Positions 41,830 through 51,249 of a DNA stretch of 64,000 bases are shown piece by piece. Source of the DNA: an uncultured delta proteobacterium (GTDB lineage Bacteria; Desulfobacterota; Binatia; UBA9968); contig CAVWLW010000009.1 of assembly GCA_963755715.1 (NCBI GenBank), positions 17,347 to 81,346 on the forward strand, read 5' to 3'. The notes below the pieces were generated by a model, which ran no database searches, was not told where the DNA came from, and was given only the letters and a program-made list of their open reading frames with translations. A program made the position numbers and the translations under genes. The stretch's first letter is position 1. Every line of letters starts with the position of its first letter.

Positions 41830-42888
41830 TCACACTTTGAAGTGGCCATCCTCGCAAACCACTTTATTGTCGTCGACGACGAAGGTCACGCGCCGGGCGA
41901 TGCCTTCCAAGCGCAGCGTGCTCTTCACTTGGCCGCGGTCGGCGCCATGACCGATGCCGAAATGCATCGCGCCAAAGGCTTTCTTATCGTTGCGCATCAA
42001 GCCCATGGGCGCCCAGCAGCGATGGTTGGTGCCGACCGCGATCTCGCCGCCGACCAGCATGGTTTGATCGTCGCCGTAGGTTTCTAAATACCAGCGGACC
42101 TGATCCGCCTCGGCGCCGCCGTCGATGCTGACCACTTTGCCGTTCTTGATCGTCAACGTCACCGGATCGCGCCACAGTCCGGAGGGATAGTGCGAGGTCG
42201 TATCCCAAACGATTTTACCGTTGGCGGTTCCCGGCACCGGTTCGACATGGATTTCGCCGTAAGGCCAAGTGCCGCCGCCCAGTTTGCCGGTCTTGGCATT
42301 GCGTTCGAACGGCATTTTGCGCCAGCGCTCGGCGAAGTAGCCCGGCGGCATCCCGGAAATATCGGCGACCAGGTCGCTGCCGGCCGGCGAGGTCACGTGA
42401 ATTTTTTTGCCGTGGTCATAAACCTCGCCGATGCGCCGCTGCAAGTCGCAAATCTGTTCGAGATCTTCAACCGTCGCGCGGCCGCCGCCTTCGGTGAGAA
42501 TCTCCACCGTAGTCTCTTCCATCAACCAGATCGGCGTGCGCCCGCTGCCGCCGCCTTCAGCGCGGATCGCGCGCAAGCCGGGGGTGCCGCTGTTAAGCGC
42601 GGTGGTTGTCAACGCGACGACAGCGTCGGCTTCCTTCGCCGCCGAAACCGCCATCGCCGTGGGATCACCGCAGTGATAAGTCCGGCGCGGATAGAGCGCC
42701 AGGGTCACTTCGGCGCCGCGCTCCTGCAACGCCGCCATCGCCGACTGCCAAACCATCGGGTCCATCGAATCGTCGGTCATGATCAACAGACGATCGCCTG
42801 CCTGCACGTTGCGAAACGGCACTTTCCAAGCGCTCATCAAGCTGATGATTTTCGTCGAGGGAATTCCATATCTTTCTGCCATCACCAT
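41830..42888 (-). CDS. M29/AmpS (COG2309) fold protein with altered metal ligands
   Basis: WPYGEIHVEPVPGTANGKIVWD, TIKNGKVVSIDGG, GEIAVGTN, GAMHFGIG, LRLEGI. Confidence 0.75.
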   Translation of the reverse strand: MVMAERYGIPSTKIISLMSAWKVPFRNVQAGDRLLIMTDDSMDPMVWQSAMAALQERGAEVTLALYPRRTYHCGDPTAMAVSAAKEADAVVALTTTALNSGTPGLRAIRAEGGGSGRTPIWLMEETTVEILTEGGGRATVEDLEQICDLQRRIGEVYDHGKKIHVTSPAGSDLVADISGMPPGYFAERWRKMPFERNAKTGKLGGGTWPYGEIHVEPVPGTANGKIVWDTTSHYPSGLWRDPVTLTIKNGKVVSIDGGAEADQVRWYLETYGDDQTMLVGGEIAVGTNHRCWAPMGLMRNDKKAFGAMHFGIGHGADRGQVKSTLRLEGIARRVTFVVDDNKVVCEDGHFKV

Positions 42889-42963
42889 AAGTCACCTCCT
42901 GTAGTTGGAATCATTTGAGATTTTCCGAACTCCGCGTCTTCGCGGGGCAACTTCTAATCGGAT

Positions 42964-44379
42964 TTAATCTTCCCCCAGCGCCTTGCCCCACTTGGCATTG
43001 GTCTCTTTCAATAATTCCTCGGCAATTTGCGTGGTCGCCGGGAATTCGTCGATCCAATGATAGGGCCGGCAGGCGTCGATGATCGCCACCGAGCCGGTGT
43101 AGTCCGCCACTTCCTTTTTATGTTTGGGCAAACGCGGATCGATTTTGTAGCTCCAAATGCGCCGCGCCACATCCACTGAGGTTTCCGGATCGCAGCGCGT
43201 CGCGATCGCCCACAACACCTGTTCGAGATTGTAAGGGTCGATGTCTTCATCGACGACGATGACGAATCTGCCGTGATAACCCGCCGTGCCGCCGATGGCG
43301 CCATGCGCCGCGCGCATCGCATGGCCGGGATAAGCTTGCTTGAGTGAAATGATGCACATGCCCCACGAATAATTGACCGCCTTGATGTCGGGGATGCCCA
43401 AGGCATCCAGTTCGTTCCAAACCAGGATGCCGCGCGAGGAGAGAATACCGCGGCTAGCGCCGATAAACGGCGGCGAGCCGAGGATGATAGGCTCGTTGCG
43501 ATGGAGCACGCTGCGGATCATCGTTACCGGCGCCGGGCGCGCGCCGCCGCCGTAGTATCCGGAAAATTCACCGAAGGGTCCTTCTATCTCCAAGCCGGCC
43601 GACGGCGGCAACATCTCGCCTTCCAAAACAACTTCGGCGGTGGCTGGAATCGGCAGGTCGGTAAACACGCCCTGGGTCACTTCCACCGGCGCGCCGCGCA
43701 TCCAGCCGGCAAAACCATATTCCGACACGCCCCAATTGGTGTTGGTGCCGGCGGCCACTAACAGCGACGGCTCTTGACCGAGACAAATCGCGATCGGACA
43801 AGGCTTGCCCTTGGCCCAATATTTTTTGCGGATCACGTCGCCGTGATGGCCGGAACCGATGTGCGCGACGATTTTGTTCTTGCCGAGCAACATGAAGCGG
43901 TAGGAGCCGACATTGATGTACCCCGACTCGAGATCGCGCGTCACCGACGAAGTCGCGCAAATATACGGACCGCCATCGCGCTCATGCCATTTCGGCCAGG
44001 GCAGCTTGGTGAGGTCGACTGCCGAATCTTGAAAAACATTCTCCTTGATCGGCCCGTCTTTGACTTCCACGGGTTTGATGGGATCGTAATTTTTCAATCG
44101 CCCCTTCCAGTAGAGCACCGCTTCAGGATCGGTGAGATCGTTGGACACGCCGAAGACCAAGCGCTCGCGCAACCGGTTCGAAAGAAAATTGGTCAGCACG
44201 CGAAAGCCTTTGGGATGGCCCTTGATCGAATCGAACAGCACCGCCGGGCAAGATTTGCGAAACGAAGCCAGCTCGGTGATCGCGCCGATTTCTAGTTCGC
44301 AGCTCGCGCCATCGATGGTTTTTAACTGACCGAGCTCGGTCAAAGTCGCAAGATACTGTCGTAGGTCGTTAAAAATCAC
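42964..44379 (-). CDS. UbiD family (prFMN-dependent) decarboxylase 1
   Basis: GTG start overlapping the OsmC stop; FNDLRQYL, PAVLFD, DGGPY, NVGSYR, EGPFGEFSGYY, VVDEDIDP, WAIATRCDP. Confidence 0.92.
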   Translation of the reverse strand: MIFNDLRQYLATLTELGQLKTIDGASCELEIGAITELASFRKSCPAVLFDSIKGHPKGFRVLTNFLSNRLRERLVFGVSNDLTDPEAVLYWKGRLKNYDPIKPVEVKDGPIKENVFQDSAVDLTKLPWPKWHERDGGPYICATSSVTRDLESGYINVGSYRFMLLGKNKIVAHIGSGHHGDVIRKKYWAKGKPCPIAICLGQEPSLLVAAGTNTNWGVSEYGFAGWMRGAPVEVTQGVFTDLPIPATAEVVLEGEMLPPSAGLEIEGPFGEFSGYYGGGARPAPVTMIRSVLHRNEPIILGSPPFIGASRGILSSRGILVWNELDALGIPDIKAVNYSWGMCIISLKQAYPGHAMRAAHGAIGGTAGYHGRFVIVVDEDIDPYNLEQVLWAIATRCDPETSVDVARRIWSYKIDPRLPKHKKEVADYTGSVAIIDACRPYHWIDEFPATTQIAEELLKETNAKWGKALGED

Positions 44380-44933
44380 TTCTTTCTCCTGTCGTAAAGT
44401 TTCATGCCGAGGTTCTGTTGGTTGTGCAGGATCGTCACTTCGATCGGTATGCTTCGCGCCGCCGAAACAAAAGCCGGACAACGGCGCGTCGCGGCTTCGA
44501 CGATCGATTGAATCGCATCCGCCGAGTTGGGGCTTTCGATCGTCACCGTGTATTTGATCAGATCGAATCCGCGTTCGACTTCTTTGCCCGCGTCGCCGCC
44601 TCCCGCCTCGACGAAGCCGGAGATTTCTCCCTGGAGACGATCCAATTGCACATCCGCCACCGCCGAACTCTTCACGCACCAGACCTGATGGCACATCATG
44701 ATACCGGCGAGAAAATATCTGAGCGGCGCCGGCCCGGCGTCATGTCCGCCGGCTTCGTCGCCCTCGTCGGAAATAAAACTATGTCCCTCCACGGTGGCGC
44801 GGAATTGCAGTCCATGCAGCGCTTTGCAGTTCACCGTGGTTACCGGCCGTCGCGCTTCGCCCTCTTTACGCGCGCGGCGCTGTGTCAGTTGCCGCGTGGC
44901 GATTTCTTTGAGGTTGGCTTCCACCTTGAACAT
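44376..44933 (-). CDS. OsmC/Ohr family protein
   Basis: SDEGDEAGGHDAGPAPLRYFLAGIMMC ... RRCP; GGAGG RBS. Confidence 0.85.
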   Translation of the reverse strand: MFKVEANLKEIATRQLTQRRARKEGEARRPVTTVNCKALHGLQFRATVEGHSFISDEGDEAGGHDAGPAPLRYFLAGIMMCHQVWCVKSSAVADVQLDRLQGEISGFVEAGGGDAGKEVERGFDLIKYTVTIESPNSADAIQSIVEAATRRCPAFVSAARSIPIEVTILHNQQNLGMKLYDRRKK

Positions 44934-45013
44934 CGTTGCCTCCAAATCTCTTAACTCGAAATCGTCAAATCCTCGCCATATCTATATTCGCATCTTTGGA
45001 AACACAAACTTAG

Positions 45014-45802
45014 TCAGCCGCCATGTTTACGCAAAAAAACTAGCATGAGCTTCGCGCATTCTTCCGGCACTTCGAGATGCGGCAGATGGCCAACGTTGGG
45101 AATTGCGGTGAACTCGGAGTTCGCGATCCCTTCGTGAAAAGCCTCGCCATGCGCGATCGGAACGTAGTTGTCGCGCTCGCCCCAGAGGACCAGCGCCGGC
45201 AGCCGCGCGCGGTAGAGGTAGCGAAGCAATCTCGGATCGTCGGGAAACTGCCAAGCAAAGCGCGCCAAAGTGCGCCGGCCAAGAATCGTACTCACGATCG
45301 CGTCGGCTTTCGGTGTATCGGGAAGCGTTTCCATCGCCAGCGTAGAATTAGGATCAGCGAACAACGCCTGCCGCAGCCCAGGGCCGTCGAGACTCAAAAC
45401 GTCCGCCGCGGGCGCCGTCTCCAACCGTAATCCGAGCGCGTCGATGAGGATCAGAGTTTTCAAACGATCGCTGCAGCGAATCGCCCACTCCGCCGCGATC
45501 CAGCCGCCGAACGACGCGCCGGCGACGGCGGGCTGCTCCAGGCCAAGTGCTTCGCACAAATCGAGGTAATGGATCACGAGATCTTCCATCACTTCGAATT
45601 GATCGAAGTGATCTTCCGATCCGGAAAATCCCGGATGGATCGGCACAAAGACTTCAAACTCAGCCGCAAGCCTGTCGTACAACGGCAACCAGGACGGACA
45701 AAACTCATCATGGAGAAACATGAGCGGCGGCCCGTCGCCGGCGCGAAAGAGGCGCGTGCTTCGTCCGCGAACTTTAATGGTTTCTTCTTTACAACTCGCC
45801 AT
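45014..45802 (-). CDS. Alpha/beta-fold hydrolase
   Basis: GDGPPLMFLH, HPGFSGS, GASFGG nucleophile elbow, LWGERD, GHLPHLE. Confidence 0.9.
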   Translation of the reverse strand: MASCKEETIKVRGRSTRLFRAGDGPPLMFLHDEFCPSWLPLYDRLAAEFEVFVPIHPGFSGSEDHFDQFEVMEDLVIHYLDLCEALGLEQPAVAGASFGGWIAAEWAIRCSDRLKTLILIDALGLRLETAPAADVLSLDGPGLRQALFADPNSTLAMETLPDTPKADAIVSTILGRRTLARFAWQFPDDPRLLRYLYRARLPALVLWGERDNYVPIAHGEAFHEGIANSEFTAIPNVGHLPHLEVPEECAKLMLVFLRKHGG

Positions 45803-45840
45803 CTCGAATTCTGGTCTCAAATGTTGCCGGTCTACTCAAT

Positions 45841-45922
45841 TCATGATTCCCGTGGAAACGGGAATCCAGGTTCTTGGAATTCAAAAAATTCAACCTGGAT
45901 GCCCGCGTTCGCGAGCATGACG
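45841..45922. repeat. GTCAT/ATGAC-type REP-like pair
   Basis: attcccgtggaaacgggaatccagg ... cctggatgcccgcgttcgcgagcatgacg. Confidence 0.7.
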
Positions 45923-45948
45923 CACTCTACTCTCAACTAATCTGCGGC

Positions 45949-47121
45949 TCACCCATTCGCCGCCGGCGCATCGACGTTAATATCCCGTAGCTTCGGCATG
46001 ACCTTGTCGGCAAACAGCTTCATGCTCTTCTCCGTATACTCGCGCGGCGCGTTGCCGACGGAGAAATTTGCGATCAGCAGGCCGAATCCCACCTTCTTCG
46101 CATAATCTTCGAGCCGCTGGCGCACCGTCTCCGGGCTGCCGACGATCACGTATCCCGCGTCGTCCACTTCCTTCCACGTGGACAAATTCGATGGCCGCGA
46201 CTCGAGCCGCCGCTTCATCATGCCCATTACGCTGGCGATCGACGTATGTCCGGGCGGCATGCTTAACTGCACCGGCTGCTTTAGAAGATTGCGCGCATAG
46301 TACCAATAGTGCGGCTCGTATTCGCGCCGCGCTTGCTCGTCCGTATCGCTGACGTAAATACCGATGCCCCAGCCGATTTGCGTATGACGAACCGTGTATC
46401 CCGCTTTGCTGCAACATTGGGAAAAATATTCGGCCGCTTGGCGACGTAGCTCGAACGGCGCCAGGGTCGGCAGAACCATATACGTATATTTCTGCTTGGC
46501 CACCCACTCCATCGTTTCGGAGCTGCCGGAGCCGGGAATCCAGATCGGCGGATGAGGCTTCTGATACGGCCGCGGCCAGACGTTGATATAGCGGAAGCGA
46601 TAATGCGTGCCGTCCCAACTGAACGGTCCTTCCGTGGTCCACGCTTTGATGATCAGATCGTGCGCTTCGTGAAAGCGCTCGCGCGCGTAGGTCGGATTGA
46701 TCCTGTATGAGAAATATTCCATGCCGGTGCCGACGACCATGCCCGAAACGACACGGCCTTTGGTAATCACGTCGAGCATGGCGATCTCTTCGGCGACCCG
46801 TTGCGGATGATCGTAGAGGGGCAAGACGTTACCGAGGATCACCAGCTTCGCCTGCTTGGTGCGCCGCGCTAAGCATGCCGCCATGATGTTGGGCGACGGC
46901 ATGCCGCCATAGGCGGTCTGATGATGTTCGTTGACGCAGACGCCGTCGAATCCGAGTTGATCGGCCAATTCCAATTCGTCCAGATATCGATTGTATAGCG
47001 GATGGCCGAGCTCGGGATCGTACAGCGAATTCGGACAAGTCACCCAGGCGGTTTTGTGCGTCTCGGAAAAATCCTCCGGCAAATACGCCCACGGCATCAG
47101 ATGAAAGCAATAGACTTGCAT
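45949..47121 (-). CDS. LLM class flavin-dependent oxidoreductase (luciferase-like monooxygenase)
   Basis: LGFDGVCVNEHH, PSPNIMAA, PQRVAEEIAMLD, PRPYQKPHPPIW, GSPETV. Confidence 0.93.
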   Translation of the reverse strand: MQVYCFHLMPWAYLPEDFSETHKTAWVTCPNSLYDPELGHPLYNRYLDELELADQLGFDGVCVNEHHQTAYGGMPSPNIMAACLARRTKQAKLVILGNVLPLYDHPQRVAEEIAMLDVITKGRVVSGMVVGTGMEYFSYRINPTYARERFHEAHDLIIKAWTTEGPFSWDGTHYRFRYINVWPRPYQKPHPPIWIPGSGSSETMEWVAKQKYTYMVLPTLAPFELRRQAAEYFSQCCSKAGYTVRHTQIGWGIGIYVSDTDEQARREYEPHYWYYARNLLKQPVQLSMPPGHTSIASVMGMMKRRLESRPSNLSTWKEVDDAGYVIVGSPETVRQRLEDYAKKVGFGLLIANFSVGNAPREYTEKSMKLFADKVMPKLRDINVDAPAANG

Positions 47122-47184
47122 CAGTTCCTAACCGACAGCTTGGACCTCTTAAACGGCTTGAACGATTTGAACTCTTAAACTCAT

Positions 47185-48161
47185 TTACGGCTTCCAGCCT
47201 GCTTTCTTCAGCTCCGCTTCCACGTCCGCCGCCAGGCTCAAATCAAAAACGTCCGGAATCTCCACCTTGCGTTCCATCTTTCTCGCCTCGCGCGCGCGGT
47301 CGATCACCTTGCGCATGTTGCCTTGCTCAAATCCGCCACCGGGATTGTAGCGGCGCATCTCATCTTCGTAGGTTTCGCGCGCGGTCTTGCGATCGTCGAT
47401 GCGCAGAACTTTTTGGATCACACTGAGGGTTTCTTCAGGCTTTTGACCAAAAAACAGATGGCCTTTCAAAAACGCCCGGATAAACGAACGGGTTATGGCT
47501 TTTTCATTCGCGAGCATTTCGTTTTTTACGATCAACGGATGGGAGACATAAGGCGGCGGCGTGTATTCCAGATTCCGAAAGCCATTTTGCATCGCTGCCA
47601 AGGCGTGTTGGGACGCGAGCAAAGCACCCTGCACGTTGCCGGATTGCAACGCGGCGAATCGCACCGGCACACCGCCGGTTTGCAGCAAGATGACATCCTG
47701 CATCGGCTTGAGGCCGTGGTCGAGAAAATTTCCCGAGTAAGCAAATCGGTCAACGTTCCGAAGGCGCTGATGGCGATTTTCTTTCCTTTGAGGTCTTCGA
47801 ATCTTTTGATTTGCGGCGCGACGATTAATCGATGCAGCAAAAACTTTTCGGCAACATAAATTGTTTTGCCCTTGATATCGCCGGCGACTATCGAGTCAAA
47901 AGTGCTGGGCGAGTAGGTAAACTGAAACGAACCCGCGATCAGTCCCATGGTGCAGAGATTGCCCCTCCCGGCAATCACTTCGATATCGATTTGTTCTTGG
48001 GCTAAGTAGCCATTCTGCTTGGCGACGAAAAATGGCATGACGCCAACGGAATAGTCCGGCACGCAAACTTTAAATTGTCGGGTTTGCGCATCGACCAAAC
48101 TACCGAAGCCAAAAGCACCAGCAATAAAAATGAGTAAGAATGCGAAACTGCGTCGTTTCAT
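47185..48161 (-). CDS. NMT1/SsuA-like substrate-binding protein (frameshift at ~47720)
   Basis: Signal peptide; VAKQNGYLAQE, EDLKGKKIAISAFG, RFAALQSGNVQG; paralog of 51250..52218. Confidence 0.85.
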
Positions 48162-48172
48162 GAGGCTCCCAC

Positions 48173-48569
48173 TCAAACCAAAATCTTGCCGCTATCGCAG
48201 ATCACGGTGTCGTCGATGATCATCGTGATCTTTTCGATGATGCCTTCGAGGCGAAGCACGCTGACGATCTTGCCGCGATCGGCGCCGTGGCCGATGCCAA
48301 AGTGCATCGCGCCATAGTGCTTTTTCCAACTGCGCACCGAGTCCGCGTCCGGCTGGCATAACTTGCTCAACCCGAGCGCCATCTCGCCGCCGCAAAGCCA
48401 CGAACTTTCGTCGCCATAAGTTTCTAAAAACCAGCGCACTTGATCGGCTTCGGTCTTGCCTTGGATGTCGACGACGCGGCCGTCCTTGATCGTCAGCGCC
48501 ACCGGGTTGCACCATCTCCCCGGCGGAAATACCAACGGATTTCATCTCTTCTCGTTTAGAGTCCGCCAT
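48173..48569 (-). pseudogene. Internally deleted M29/AmpS-fold paralog
   Basis: Only FPPGRWCNPV...GGEMALGL...KKHYGAMHFGIGHGADRG...LRLEGI remains, preceded by a short out-of-frame N-terminal stub MADSKREEMKSVGI. Confidence 0.7.
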
Positions 48570-48582
48570 CCGCGTGGTGGAA

Positions 48583-50031
48583 TCATTTCGCGGCCTTGAG
48601 CAAATCGGTCCATTTGGCTTCCATCGCTTTGCGCAATTCCGACGAGATACCGACCTTCTCGGGGAAATGTTCCTTCCAGTGATACGGCCGAGTCGCGTCG
48701 ATGATGGCGCAGGATGCGGTGAAATCGCCCTTCTCGACCTTTTCCGGTTCCAGACGCGGATCGACGCGCGAGCTCCAGATGCGCCGATTGATATCGAGCG
48801 AGGTGCCCGGATCGCAGCGGCTGCCCATCGCTTCGAACACTTCGTTTAGATCGTGCGGATTGACGTCTTCGTCGACCAGAATCACGAAGCGGGTGTGATA
48901 GCCGCCGGTGCCGCCGAGCGCGCCGAGCGCCGCGCGCATGGCATGCCCAGGGAAAGATTGCTCGATCGACAGCACGACGATGCCACCGCCGTATCTGACG
49001 CCTTTAATTCCCGGGATACCCAAAGCTTCGAGCTCGGCACGCACGCGTAAGCCGCGCGCGCCGAATAAATTGCGCGCCGTGTTGGGAAACGGCGGCGAAC
49101 CCATGATGATCGGATCGTTACGATAAAGCACAGCGTGAATTTTGATCAGCGACGACGGGCTCGCGTCGCCATAGTAGCCGCCCATCTCGCCGAACGGTCC
49201 TTCGATCGCCGTGCCCGATTTCGGCGGGAGGATTTCGCCTTCGAGCACCGCCTCCGCGGTCGCGGGAATCGGCAGATCGGTAAAAACGCCCTTCGTCACC
49301 TCCACCGGAGCGCCGCGCAGCCAGCCGGCATAATCGTATTCGCAATGGCCCCAAGCCGCGTTGTCGCCGGCGGCGATCAGGATCGATGGCTCTTGTCCCA
49401 ATGAAATCGCCACCGGACAAGCCTTTCCCTGTTTCCAATATTGCTTGCTGATGATGTCGCCGTGATGTCCCGACGCCATATGGCCGACGCAAGTAGTCTC
49501 GTCGATCAGTTTGAAACGATACGAACCAACGTTGACGTAGCCGCTTTCCGGATCGCGCGTCACGGTCGAAGTCGCGCACATGTAGCCGCCGCCGTCCTTC
49601 TCGTGCCAGCGCGCCCATGGAAAAATTTTGAGATTGACGTCTTTGCCCTGCTTGACGTTTTGTTTGACCGGACCGTCGTTAACAAAAACCGGCGGCAAGG
49701 GCTGGAACTTTTTCACTTGCCCGTTCCACCAGCGCGCTGCTTCAGCTTCACTGAGCTCCGGCGGGCAGCCATGGATGATCTTTTGGCGCTCCGCATTGTT
49801 GAGCATATTGGTCATCAAGCGTACACCGCGCGGGCAACCTTTGATCGCATCGAAGAGTAAGACGGGACAATCGCGCCGCGCACCGATCATCCCGGTGAGC
49901 GCGCCAATCTCCAACTCGCCGTCCGCACCGTGGATGACGGTTAAATGACCCATCTCTTTCACCACGGACAAATATTCGCGCAGATCGTTAAACGGTCGCG
50001 GCCGGCGCTCGGCTGCTGTTAGTGTTGTCAT
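48583..50031 (-). CDS. UbiD family decarboxylase 2
   Basis: FNDLREYL, PVLLFD, DGGGY, NVGSYR, EGPFGEMGGYY, LVDEDVNP; close paralog of UbiD1. Confidence 0.92.
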   Translation of the reverse strand: MTTLTAAERRPRPFNDLREYLSVVKEMGHLTVIHGADGELEIGALTGMIGARRDCPVLLFDAIKGCPRGVRLMTNMLNNAERQKIIHGCPPELSEAEAARWWNGQVKKFQPLPPVFVNDGPVKQNVKQGKDVNLKIFPWARWHEKDGGGYMCATSTVTRDPESGYVNVGSYRFKLIDETTCVGHMASGHHGDIISKQYWKQGKACPVAISLGQEPSILIAAGDNAAWGHCEYDYAGWLRGAPVEVTKGVFTDLPIPATAEAVLEGEILPPKSGTAIEGPFGEMGGYYGDASPSSLIKIHAVLYRNDPIIMGSPPFPNTARNLFGARGLRVRAELEALGIPGIKGVRYGGGIVVLSIEQSFPGHAMRAALGALGGTGGYHTRFVILVDEDVNPHDLNEVFEAMGSRCDPGTSLDINRRIWSSRVDPRLEPEKVEKGDFTASCAIIDATRPYHWKEHFPEKVGISSELRKAMEAKWTDLLKAAK

Positions 50032-50060
50032 TCTTTCTACTCCATCAGGCTAACGAAGAA

Positions 50061-50146
50061 TTCACCACGAAGGCACGAAGTTCACGAAGGTTGATAAAAA
50101 TCCAGATTTCTCTTTCCTTCGTGCCCTTCGTGTGCTTCGTGGTGAG
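50061..50146. repeat. CACGAAG 9-nt-periodic palindromic element
   Basis: tcaccacgaaggcacgaagttcacgaagg ... ccttcgtgcccttcgtgtgcttcgtggtga. Confidence 0.8.
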
Positions 50147-50154
50147 TAATCCGT

Positions 50155-51198
50155 TCAGATCTTAAACTGCCCCTTCTCGCATACCACCGTATTGTCGATG
50201 GTCATCGTGATGTAGTCGGTGATCCCTTCCAGTCTTAAAATACTATTGATCTTGCCGCGATCGGCGCCGTGGCCGATGCCAAAATGCATCGCGCCATAAT
50301 GTTTTTTCCATTCGCGCACCGAGTCGTTGTCTTTCTGGCAAAGCTTGTTCAGACCAATTGAGATCTCGCCGCCGACGAGCCAAGAGTTGTCGTCGCCATA
50401 AGTTTTCACAAACCAGCGCACTTGATCCGCCTCGGTCTTGCCTTGAACATCGACACAGCGGCCGTTCTCGATCACCAGCGTGACCGGATGCTTCCAGCGG
50501 CCGGGCGGATACTGTGCCGTCACTTCCCACACGACTTTGCCATTGGCGGTACCCGGCACCGGCTCCACGTGAGCTTCACCCCAAGGCCAGGTGCCGCCGG
50601 CCAATCTGCCGTTCTTCGGATTGCGCCCAAACGGAATTCGTCCCCACCAGTTAGCAAAAAAGTCAGGCTCCAAACCGCCGATCTCTGCGGTGAGATCGGT
50701 GCCGTTGTCGGCTTGCACGCGAATTTTCTTGCCCTTGTCCTGCAGCTCGCCGACTTTGCGGCCGAGCGCGCAAATCTCTTCGACGTCAGCCATCGACGTC
50801 CGGCCCCCGCCGTCGGTGAGGATTTCGACCGTCAATTCTTCCATCAGCCACATGGGCCCGCCGCAGGCTTGGCGCATGGCTCGCGCGCCGGGCGTGGAAT
50901 TGCTCATCGCCGTCGTCGTCAGCGCGACGACTACATGGGCGCCGCGCGCCGCCTCGATCGCCATCTGCGGCACGTCGGCAAAGTGCCGCGGCAAGCGCGG
51001 CCACATGCACAGCATCGCCTCGCCGCCCTTTTCGTTGATCGCCGCCATCATGCACTGCCAGATCAACGGATCCATCGCATCGTCGGTAATCACCAGCAGC
51101 TTGTCGCCGGGCTGCACCGAGCGCACCGGAACCTGAAAGCTTTTCATCACCGACATAATCCGCGTGCTGGGACTGCCGAACCGTTCCATCATGACCAT
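50155..51198 (-). CDS. M29/AmpS (COG2309) fold protein with altered metal ligands
   Basis: WPWGEAHVEPVPGTANG, GEISIGLN, WKKHYGAMHFGIG, LRLEGI; GGAGG RBS; paralog of 41830..42888. Confidence 0.75.
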   Translation of the reverse strand: MVMMERFGSPSTRIMSVMKSFQVPVRSVQPGDKLLVITDDAMDPLIWQCMMAAINEKGGEAMLCMWPRLPRHFADVPQMAIEAARGAHVVVALTTTAMSNSTPGARAMRQACGGPMWLMEELTVEILTDGGGRTSMADVEEICALGRKVGELQDKGKKIRVQADNGTDLTAEIGGLEPDFFANWWGRIPFGRNPKNGRLAGGTWPWGEAHVEPVPGTANGKVVWEVTAQYPPGRWKHPVTLVIENGRCVDVQGKTEADQVRWFVKTYGDDNSWLVGGEISIGLNKLCQKDNDSVREWKKHYGAMHFGIGHGADRGKINSILRLEGITDYITMTIDNTVVCEKGQFKI

Positions 51199-51249
51199 AA
51201 CTTTACCTCCATCAATTTTGCTTGTTCAGTTTCATTGCATGCTTGCCCA

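Noticed and set aside
42964-44694. UbiD1 with a ~105-aa N-terminal extension
   Set aside because: The extension is an off-frame reading of the OsmC gene; UbiD similarity starts at the GTG at 44379.
41830-51198. Calling the M29-fold proteins NicX or leucyl aminopeptidase
   Set aside because: Both need the C-terminal HxD motif, which is RLE in all three copies.
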